NCBI RefSeq assembly: GCF_006345805.1
Contig: NC_043001.1
Coordinates: 28,458,001 to 28,522,000 of the forward strand
DNA length: 64,000 nucleotides
Direction: 5' to 3'
Source of the DNA: Octopus sinensis
Taxonomy: Eukaryota
Position 1 is the stretch's first letter. Every line of letters begins with the position of its first letter. Both the position numbers and the translations under genes were made by a program. Below are positions 37,801-49,800 of this stretch, piece after piece. Under the pieces are notes generated by a model. That model was not told the DNA's origin and did no database searches. It worked only from the letters and a program-made list of their open reading frames with translations.

Positions 37801-40152
37801 ATTTCACCCTTCTATGCCAATGTATCGCAAACTTAAAAAAAAGACTCCGCCGGTTACGACGACGAGGGTCCCAGCTGATACGATCAACGGAACAGCTTGC
37901 TCGTGAAATTAACATGCAAATGGCTGAGCATTCCACAGACACATGTACCCTTAACGTAGTTCTCGGGGATAATCAGCGTGACACAGAGAGTGACAAGGCT
38001 GACCCTTTGAAATACAAGTACAACTCATTTTTGCCAGCTGAGTGGACTGGAGCAACGTGAAATAAAGTGTCTTGCTCAAGGACACAACACGTCGCCGGGA
38101 ATCGAACTCACAACCTTACGATCATGAGCCGAATGCCCTAACCACTAAGCCACGCGCCCTCACTTACCCATTTACAGTTATACATATGACGTGTATAAAA
38201 TTCTAGAGAAGCATTCTCATAAACACACCCATACAATCCTCAACATTCACACACATATATATATCACATCCACCACCAGTGCCAACAACTGCTACCATAT
38301 AAATAAATGGTTTCTGCCTTTTGCTTACCTTCTTCAGATTTTCCATCTTCTCACAAGCTTCCTGTATTTTTTTCTCAATCTCTTTATTTTTGACTGGCAA
38401 CTGATTAAAAACAGATATTAAATATACAAGATTATTTTTCATAAATAAACACGGAAATTAAAGTTGAGATTTTGAAATCAATAAAACATTTTATTAGCTC
38501 TAAGCATAAATCATATTTTACACTTGGTTGTGGGTAAGTTTTAAAATATTTCCTTGCTAAAGAAATGTGACAGTAATTTTCACAGCACTTAATGATACCT
38601 TATTAACTAAGGAAGGATGAAAGGCAAAGTCGGTAGGCATAAACCCTCCACAACATCTAAAAATATTAGAGTTTGGTTTTCTAAGTTAGAAATAAATAAC
38701 CTTCCTGCCCTCAACTTTTAATATGACCAAGAAGAAGCACAAGCCAAAGAAGTCTCAGCATGATACATTAGGGCTGAGCAACAACTATCATGTAGTAGCT
38801 TTGCTTAATATAGCAAGGGGTTGAGTTGCTGCTATCTCTCTCAATCAAGTGTCCATCACTGATGAGACTAAGGAAGGTTGAAATCATGTGATCTGGTGGT
38901 CTCAGCACTGGAACTGGTGGAGAATTATCTCCCAACTAGCAATATAAACAAGTATGCATTTTACCCCAAAAGCTTATATGAGAATTTCTATTGTGGTAAC
39001 TACCACAATATAGTTTGTTCTAGCAAAACATCCATGTTTAAGTAGAGTTAAATATTACTTCTCAGTGTTAATACTGCCTCTGTTGCTAATATATATTCTT
39101 TAATGAACTCACTGGCTAATGATGACACCAGTACCTGTTCTGGCATTGATTTTCTAGATATCACTGGTGATGAGATGAGCCCCTGCTATCTCTTGTTGTT
39201 CAGTGTCCATCATTGATGAGACCAAGGAAAGTTGAAATCACGTGATTTGGTGGTTTCAGCGCTGGAGTTGGTGAGGATTTGTCTCCCCACTAACAATATA
39301 AACAAAGCATGCATTTTGCACCAAAAGCTTATATGAGAGTTTCTCTCATAGTATTTCCTGCAGTAAAGTTTGTTCTAACAGAACATCCATATTTGAGTGA
39401 GAATAAACATTAATTCTCATCAAAGCAAGAGAGAAAAAAAAAACAGGAAAAAGTACATGTATATCAAAAAAAAAAAAAATCAGAAGAACTTTCTGAGCCA
39501 CAAGACTGGTTTCTCAGATTCTGTGGCGCATATGTCCTCCAACTGGATGATGGACACAAGCCTATCATAGGCTTACTCATTTTTACCAGCTGAGTGGACT
39601 GCAGCTATGTGAAATGAAATGTTTTGGTCAAGAACACAACGTGTCACCCGGTCCAGGAATCGAAACCACAATCTTACGATCATGAATGCAACATCCTAAC
39701 TACTAAGCCACATGTGTTGTAAATACATTAATTAAATTAATCAATATCAAAAAATTATATAAGATAAAAAAAAAATGATAAAATAAAGCGATGCTGTTCA
39801 CTCACTTCAAACAAGCGTTCATGGTACTTGATGAGTTCACGAATAACAGTAATCTCAGAATTTGTATTGGAATAATTGTTCTGAAATAAACAAATAATAA
39901 TAGGCATTAATTAGTTTGAGAGCTTGCTTCTGAATTAGACGAAACATATACAAGAATTTCTAACCACTTGAAAGAGATTGGAAAAATAAAAATACTTGAG
40001 AAATGGGTGCCACACAAATTGAACGACAACCCAAAAAAATGCCGTTTAATTTCTTATTTGTAATTTGTATTTATACCCCTATTTCTGTGGTATTCAACTG
40101 CTGTACCAGTGAATTGGGTGCTGAAGGAATCGTTTTTTCTTTCATTTGTTAT

Positions 40153-40214
<62 letters not shown>

Positions 40215-40577
40215 TATATAGAAGTAGCATGAAACGATCGTACCAAATTATCGAAGATATACTTGTTGCTTATTTTGCTTCTTTGCCACATGTATCACTG
40301 ATGAAGGGAGGGTTCTTTTTGAACCTGAAATCGGTCTGATATGGTAATAATGGAATTTTTTAGAGATTTCTGTCTACCTTTTTTCGAGTAGCGTGCGTAC
40401 TGAGAAAAAAATTATATGGTAAATGGACAATATGTCCAATTTTCGGCATATTTGGCATTAGAAATTTTTTTGTTTGCCCTTACTTATAAGTTGTTTATAA
40501 TTTAACCTTTAAAGGTATTTTTTAATATGCTGGCCATTGATAAAAATTTTTTCCGAAAAAATTTTATCCTACATTAG

Positions 40578-40629
<52 letters not shown>

Positions 40630-40664
40630 CACACACACATACATACATACACACACATACATAC

Positions 40665-40729
<65 letters not shown>

Positions 40730-40830
40730 TGAATATTTACAGTTGAAAAGGTCTCAAAATGACTGAAACTGGTACTGAAATGTTCTTTATAAAATTATTT
40801 TAGCATTTTCTATCTTGACTTGTCTTTTCA

Positions 40831-40878
<48 letters not shown>

Positions 40879-43800
40879 TATATATAATGAGCTTCTTTCA
40901 GTTTCCATCGACCAAATCCACTCACAAAGCATTGACCCGAGGCTATAGTAGAAGACACTAGCACAAAATGCCACATAGTGGGACTGAACCCACAGTGGAA
41001 TGATTGCAAAGTATGCTTCTTAACCACACAGCCATGCCTGCACCTATACATAAATATATATAATCATATATGTGAATGCACATACACACACAGATATAAA
41101 TATCAATGATGATAGTTGATTCTCTGAAATGTGCGATAGTCAACTTACTTGGCTGGATCCACCTGACATCAGGGTTGGACCAAACACAATTGCTAATTGG
41201 TCAATACCCATTTTATTTGAATGCTCATTCTCAGCAACACTACAAAGGAAGGTTTAAAAGAAACATTAGTAAAATATACAAAAACAGAATGGCAATATAA
41301 TAAAGAAAATGTATGAAGAGTCATACATACAGACATATACATATGAATGCATGCAAGTGTCCTTAAAATTAACCCTTTAGTGTTTAATCCGGCCATATCC
41401 GGCCTAAATAATCTACCTGTTTTCTGTTAAAACTGCCCAGATTTGGTATCTCACACCAACCTATAATGTCAATCTAAAAACAGGTGATAACATCATCAAA
41501 ATCTTAAAGCTACGAAATAATGCATGATTAGCTTAAAACAATATGGATGAATAAATATTATATTTGACAGAATAATCTAAATGCTAAAGGGTTAAGGAAC
41601 AATTGTTTAGAACGAGAGAAGCAAGATATTAATTTACCTCCAAAGATGTGTAACCAGTTTCTTTAATGTGTTTTGGTTGACAGGTGGCAGTTCTTTAATT
41701 AAGTATTTGTACCAATTCAGTTTGGCTTGAGTATCATCAGTTTCTTAAATGATAAAAGAATGGAAAGAATATAATATAAATAATAATAATAATAATAATA
41801 ATAGGGCTACATCTTGGTATAAAAGAAGGGCTACAGCAAATATTCTGCTCAATACCACAGATTTGCTTGTCAGTTGTTTGACCTTAACCGGTTGACCATG
41901 TCCCTTAGTGGCTGACGATATGTGCATCTCTGATCACGAGCAGAAGTAGTGGGGGAGCATCATAGCCATGTGTTGAGAGGGATTATTTGGGGTTTAAATA
42001 ATTCACCTCTGGAAACATGGGTGTTTCATTTAACATCCTTAAATAACCCTTATTCAAGGACCTTTTGAGTGGGATGGGTTACTCGACCAGAAGAAAATTC
42101 TAACTGGGCTCCACCTGCAAGGTCATGTGCTGTCTATCTTCATATGAGATCACCATATCATGCACATATGGTTGTGATGCATGTGCCTAGTGTACCCTTA
42201 TCAGACGGGTAGTCATGATGGGTATACTGGGCTTCGTATATTTTACCCCAGTGTCACTTTGATGGCATGCACTGCTCTCTCACTCAATAATGATAATAAT
42301 AATAATAATTCTTTCTACTGGAAGCACAAGGCCTCAGATTGGGGGGGAAGGAGTTAAGTCGATTACATTGATAGCAATGTGTAACTGGTACTTATTTAAT
42401 CGACCCCAAAAGGATGAAAGGCAAAGTGATCATAATAAATGGTAAACCCAAACAAAAAACCAGCGAGTACGGAGAAAGCTTATCAAGTCATGCCAAAGCG
42501 ATGAAGAGTCACAGTCACAATGATTGACTGCAAATAATTGACCTATTAATGTGTCACTCATTAAAAGGATAGACACCATTTTATTCATCCAAAGGCGGCG
42601 AGCTGGCAGAACCGTTAGCACGCCGGGCGAAATGCTTAGCGGTATTTCGTCTGCCGCTACGTTCTGAGTTCAAATTCCGCCGAGGTCAACTTTGCCTTTC
42701 ATCCTTTTGGGGTCGATAAATTAAGTACCAGTTATGCACGGGGGGGGGGGGGGGGGGGGGGCGTAATCGACTTTATCCGTTTGTCTGTTCTTGTTTGTCC
42801 CCTCTATGTTTAGCCCCTTGTGGGCAATAAAGAAATAAGAAATATTAGCATGTTTAGCGGTATTTTGTCTGTCTTTACATTCTGAGTCAATTTCATTGAT
42901 TGGCTCCACTTTCCAAAAATTTCAGGCCTTGTGCCTAGAGTAGGAAAGATTATTTTGTTCATCCAGCTTACCTGCTGTCTTAATCCATTTCTCATAAAGA
43001 TTTTTGGTTAGAAGTGAGTCAGCCATTTCCCTGAAGAACCTCTTTAGAACACCAGTAACAGTAGGAAGATTGTTGGTGTCTACCACCAGTTGTACTTTTT
43101 GAGCATCTGAAATATAAAAGAGTAGAATATATATATATATTTTTATTCATTTATTTCTGTTTCACATAGAATTTAACTGACTGTGGTAGTTGACATTTTC
43201 CATATGCAATATTATTAACAACTGGTAAGGTGGCAAGCTGGCAGAATCATTAGTACACTAGTGTTAATGGTAGTGAGATGGTAAAAGGTGGTGAGATGGT
43301 AGAAATGTTAGCATGCCGGGCGAAATGCTTAGCAGTATTTCCTCTGCCGTTACGTTCTGAGTTCAAATTCTGCCGAGGTCAACTTTGCCTTTAATCCTTT
43401 CGGGGTCAATAAATTAAGTACCACTTACACTCTGGGGGTCGATGTAATCGACTCAGTTCCTTTGTCTGTCCTTGTTTGTCCCCTCTATGTTTAGCCCCTT
43501 GTGGGCAATAAAGAAATAAGAATCATTAGCATGCGAGGTAAAATGCTTAGCAGAATTTCCTCTGTCTTTATATTCTGCGCTCAAATTCTGCTGAGGTCAA
43601 CTTTGCCTTTCATCCTTTCAGGATCGATAAAATAAGCACCAGTTGAGCACTGTGTTTGATGTAATCGACTTACCCCATTCCCCGAACTTACTGGTCATGT
43701 ACCTAAATTTTGTAACCAAAATTAGTAACTGGTAAGGTGGCAAGCTGGCAGAATTATTAGCATGCCTGGCAAAATGCTTAGCGGTAGTTCGTCTGCCGTT

Positions 43801-46800
43801 ACGTTCTGAATTCAAATTCAGTCAAGGTCAACTTTGCCTTTCATCTTTTGGGGTTGATAAATTAAGTACCAGTTACGCACTGGGGTCCCTTTGTCTGTCC
43901 TTGTTTGTCCCCTCTATGTTTAGCCCCTTGTGGGCAGTAAAGAAATAAGAATTGTTAGCACACTGGGCAAAATGCTTTGTAGCATTTTACCCATCTTTAC
44001 ATTCTGTGTTCAAATTCAAGTTTGGCTTTGCTTTTTCATCCTATTGGGGTCAATAAAATAAGTACCAGTTGAGCATTAGTTTCAACATAATCTAATTACT
44101 CCCTCTCCCGAACATGCTGGCCTTATGCCGAAATTTGAAACCAATACAGGTCGTCGTCGATTTACGACCTATCTGACTTACAACTGATCGGCTTTCCAAC
44201 GATTGGCATGCCGCCTCCCAGCAACAATTATAGTCCAGTTTAAATTTAATGGGTTTAATTTCTTAGAAATTAACCCATCTACAGATGATGTCAGCTAAAA
44301 AATGCTTCCCTAAGGTTTGGTTATCAATCACCACTGCATTGATGACTATCCTGTCGCAGAGACATCGAGGTAACCTTGTATTTGTTTACAAGATGACAGC
44401 TTGAGACACTGAAGTTTTTGACTAACGCCAGTACAATAGTATCATACAGAATGCTGTGTGTGACTTTTACTTGAGAATGTACCTTAACCCTTTCATTACT
44501 GTATTTATTTTGAGATGCTCTGTGCTTCTTTCAATTACTTTAACCCTTTAGCATTTAAACTGGCCATATCCAGCCAAAAGTATTTTGCCTGTTTTATGTT
44601 CAAACTGGCCAGATCTGGTCTCTCACACCAACCCTACAATATCATCTTAAAAATTAACAGCTACCTCATCAAAATCTCATAGCTACAAGATAATGCATGA
44701 TTTGTTCAAAACAATGTGGATGAAAAAGCATTAATTTTGGCAGAATAATGTGAACACTAAAGGGTTAAATATAACAAAGAATTTAGTAAAATAACTTAGT
44801 TATCATTAAGCTAGTGTTAAGAACATAAATTGTGACAAAGGTTTGGTGAAAGATTTTTGTTGAAAACTTTTGAAAACAAGACATTTGTACTCAGAGCCAG
44901 AGCTGGTTTCAGCCAGATTGGTAACGAAAGGGTTAAGAATGTAAAAATATGAAACAAAGCCATGTAGGCCTATAGGCTAACTTATGACCAAATCAACTTA
45001 CAACCAGTAAGTCGGAACCAACTGTGGTCATAAGTCAACAACGACATGTATTATCTGTTAGTTTTCTTTCTTTTTTTTGCTGTTACTGTTTTCCTTATCA
45101 TCAGAATATGAAAGACGATTACTTTTAAAATATCACAGCATGCCTTATAAAGACTAGAAAGCGACAGTGTAACTTACCGGTATGGAATGTCTCTAATAAC
45201 TTCGCGATTTGAGACTTAACACCACTTTGGCGATAGATACCACTTTCGTGTAATCCTATTAAAATGCAAAAGAAATCCTGCTGTAAAGATTCTTAGACAG
45301 AAAACAATTCTAAATTAAGCAGAACAACTCTAAGATGAGATTTATTTTAAAGTTTCATTACAAAAGATGGTTGTAGCCACAAATATATCCCAAAGCAAAA
45401 ACATTCCAGTATAAGCAGTTTATGACTATTTAGTCTCATGTCAGTCCTAAAAGAGCAGAGCTATGATCAAAAGTGTTCCAGCCATAACCATCCACTGTAA
45501 CTTTTTTCTTTTTTTAAAGACAATAGAGTTGGACAAAGGAAATTTCACTGCTATATCTAGAAAATCAAATGATCACATCATAGCAAGCTGGCAGAAATGT
45601 TAGCACGCCAGGCGAAATGCTTATCGGTATTTCGTCTGCTGTTACATTCTGAGTTCAAATTCCAGCGAGAGAAAACTTACAAGCAGAGGTAACTGACAGT
45701 CTTTCTTGAAATATTTTGTGCAATAGGAGCAGGAGTGGCTGTGTGGTAAGTAGCTTGCTTACCAACCACATGGTTCCGGGTTCAGTCCCACTGCACGACA
45801 CCTTGGACAAGTGTCTTCTACTATAGCCTCGGGTTGGCCAAAGCCTTGTGAGTGGATTTGGTAGACGGAAACTGAAAGAAGTCCATCGTGTGTGTGTGTG
45901 TGTGTGTGTGTGTCTGCGTTTGTCCCCACAACATCGCTTGACAACCGATGCTGGTGTGTTTACGTCCCTGTAACTTAGCAGTTCAGCAAAAGAGACCGAT
46001 AGAATAAGTACTAGGCTTACAAAGAATAAGGGGGTCGATTTGCTCAACTAAAGGTGGTGCTCCAGCTTGGCCACAGTCAAATGACTGAAACAAGTAAAAG
46101 AGTAAGTCTACACCTATATTTATAGATGCATGGTCAACCTTGAGCAGTAAAGGGTCCTGTATCATAGATATATTCATGCAGAACTGACTAAGCTTCTCAA
46201 CATCTCCTCACACACACATAAGAAAAAAAAAGATACTGACACCTACCATTTGTCATAATGAACTTGATACACTTATCTACAATGACTGGGATATCATCAG
46301 CAGTCAGTTGCTGGTCATTAAAGAACCGTTGGCATGTCTGAAAAAGATACAAGAAAACAGAAACTAATGACTGTCTCTGCATTTAATACTGATTTCTAAT
46401 ATTTAATATTTATTTTAACATTTTAACATTCGATATTTAACCCTTTCATTACTGTATTTATTTTGAGATACTCTGTGTTTCTTTCAATTACTTTAAATAT
46501 AACAAAGAATTTAGTAAAATAACTTAGTTATCATTCAACTAGTGTTAAGAACATAAATTGTGACTAAGGTTTGGCGGAAGATTTTAATTCAAAACTTAGG
46601 GAAACAAGACATTTGTACTCAGAGCCAGAGCCGGTTTCAGGCAGGTTGCAGATGTAGGAATAGCTATGTTTTGAGAAGGTAGCTTTCTAACCACATGGGT
46701 CTGAGTTCAATCCCACTGTATGGCACCTTGGGCAAGTGTCTTTTACTATAGCCTCAGGCTAACCAAAGCCTTGTGAGTGGATTTGGCAGACAGAAACTAA

Positions 46801-49800
46801 AAGAAGCCTGCTGTATATGTATGTGTGTAGGTATGCATGTATATATATAAAGAGAGAGAGAGAGAGATATGTGTATATATTTGTGTGTCTGTGTTTGTCC
46901 CCCTGCTATTACTTGACAACCGATGCTGGTGTGTTTACGTCCCTGTAAGTTAGCGGTTTAGCAAAAGGAGCCAATAGAGTAAGTACTAGGCTTACAAAGA
47001 ATAAGTCCTGGACTTGATTTCTTTGACTAAAATCCTTTAAGGTGGTGCTCTAGCATGGCCGCAATCAAATGACTGAAACAAGTAAAAGAATATAAAGAAT
47101 AAAAGAGCAAACTTACAACTGTTGCTTTTTGCATCAATGTTGCTAATCGTTCAGTGTCATGCTGTAAGTCAGCTTGTAAATAAAGAGCTCTGAAAGAAGG
47201 AAAAGAAAAGAAAAAGATATCATCATCATTATCATCATCATAATTTAGCATCTGCTTTCCATGCTGGCATGGATTGGATGGTTTGACTGAAAACTGGTAA
47301 GCTTGCACCAGGTTTCAATCTGATCTGGCATAGTTTCTAAAGCTGGATGCCCTTCATAATATCAATCACCCCAAGAGGGTAGTGGGTGGTTTCTACATGC
47401 CAGCGGCATCAGCAATGACTGCGATCTCACTTGGCTTGACATGTCTTCTCAAGCACAGTATATCGCCAAGGATCTTGGTCACCTGTCACTGCCTCCATGA
47501 GGCCCAAAGTTCGAAGGCACTGGCACTGATGCCAGTTACATGATATTAGCATAAATAACAGTAAATAGAAAAATAAGAACAACACAGACTTTGGGTAAAA
47601 ATAATTATGTGACGTAGATAATCACATTTGTCTGCTGTTTCATTTCAATTGCATAAAACTACAGGTATGAATTACAGGTATGGATATGTGATTAGAAAGT
47701 TCAAATCTCACTGTGGGCATATTCTTTACTACTCTAAATACAAGGCCTGAAATTTTTGGAGGTGGGGGAGGCTAGTTGATTAGATCGACTCCAGTAGACA
47801 ACTGGTACTTAAATGAAAAGCAAAGTCGACCTCAGTGGAATTTGAATTCAGAGCATACAGACAGATGAAATACCTATTTCTTTACTACCCACAAGGGGCT
47901 AAACATAGAGGGGACAAACTAGGACAGACAAACGGATTAAGTCGAGTATATCGACCCCCCAGTGCGTAACTGGTACTTAATTTATTGACCCCGAAAGGAT
48001 GAAAGGCAAAGTCGACTTCAGTGGAATTTGAACTCAGAACGTAGCAGCAGACAAAATACCACTAAGCATTTCGCCCAGCGTGCTAACGTTTCTGCCAGCT
48101 CACCGCCTCACTGTGGGCATATTATCTCTTCATAGACACAAATAGGGCTGCTTGGTAAGAAATTTGCTTCTGAATAACATGGTTACAGGTACAGTTCCAC
48201 TGCATGGCACCTTGGGCAAGTGTCTTCTATAGCCTCAAGCCAACCAAAGCTTTATGTATGGACTGAGGCAACATGAAATCAAGTGCTTTGATCAAAGAAT
48301 AACATACAGACTGGTCCATAAATCAAATGTACAACTTTCTGATCATGAAACCAGCACCTTAATAATTAGGCCACATACCTTGCATAAATAAGAAATTAAA
48401 ACTTACATTTTAGGAAACACAGCTACAAAGCAGTGCCCATTATTTTGTATTGCACCAATGCACCTTTCATCAGGTGTGCTAATTTTGGCTAAAAGAAAAG
48501 GAAAATAAATTTATGATAAATGTTAAAAGACAGTTTTATCGAAATATAAAATAAATTTAAGAGCAAATGATAGAAACCAGAGAAATAAAATATGTGACAG
48601 ACAATAAGAAGAGTTGTGGAAAATATGGAGAGGTTGAGATGAAAAGGGGAAAGACTGCAAGGACCAAAGGTGTTAGAAAGAAAAGAGAAGTGGAGTTAAT
48701 TAATAAAAGTGAAAGGCTTTCAGAGACAAGAAAAAAGATGTGGAAACACAGAGAAGTTCAAGTGAGATAGAAATGCAATGAATAAGCCGTAAAGGACAAG
48801 ATAAAGGCTGTGGAAGGACACCACAAAGAGAGACAGGTGGTAGTGTAGGAGTATAGAATATCAAAATATAAGATAATCCTTTTAAGAAGCAGCAGCAGCC
48901 ACTGACGCCTTTTATTTTAGGTAGGAATTTTCTTGTATTCTCATGGGTGCCGCACACCCTCCTAATCAGTCAATTTCTTTTTCTAGTTGTACTTATCAGC
49001 TTAGGTGGAAGAAAGGACTATACTTATCGCCTTTGCAGGCTCTACAACACTGGTAATACCTATTTCTTTACTACCCACAAGGGACTAAACACAGAGAGGA
49101 CAAACAGATTACGTCGATTACATCGACCCCAGTGCGTAACTGGTACTTATTTAATCGAACCCAAAAGAATGAAAGGAAATGTCAACTTCGGTGGAATTTG
49201 AATTCAGAACGTAGTGGCAGATGAAATACCACTAAGCATTTCGCCTGGCATGCTAACGATTCTGCCAGCCGGCCGCCTTTAACACTGGTAATACCACCTT
49301 GGAAAAATATTTCACTCGAGCAGTTTCATATCTACAGCTAGAAAAACATGGGCAATAAGGGAATTTCATGGGGTTAATGTTCTGGGGAAGTATTTTGTGT
49401 AACAGTTAATGCACAGCCAAGGAGAAGGTGAATACAATGTGATGGGTGATGAGAGAGAAGTGAGATGGGAATGCTTAAATGGTAATGGCACAAAGTCAAC
49501 CAGCATCAAAGAGCAGAGGTCACTCTAATAAGAGCAGGAAGTGCAGGATCTGTGGGTCAGAGGTTAGAGTGTGCTGGTGAGCAACTTCAAACCAATCAGT
49601 TAATTTAGGAGAGGGAATCTTTTTCTAAGCAATGGATTGGCAGAATCATTAGGAGTTTCAGACAAGATGTTTTTACTATAATTAGTTCTGGCCTTTTATA
49701 TTCATAATTCAAATCCCAGAGGCCATTTCTGCTTTGTGTCCATCCGGATTCAATAAAAATAAGTACAAGTTCTAGGCTTGATATACTTGACTGATATTGG

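Noticed and set aside
40735-40790. Hammerhead-like cagttga...gaaactggta
   Set aside because: Two or more core changes and weak helices; not distinguishable from chance.
46310-46337. Apparent frameshift in exon 9 (an alternative frame reads HANGSL, resembling ARAP)
   Set aside because: The phase from exon 8 gives TCQRFFNDQQL, which keeps the expected linker length.
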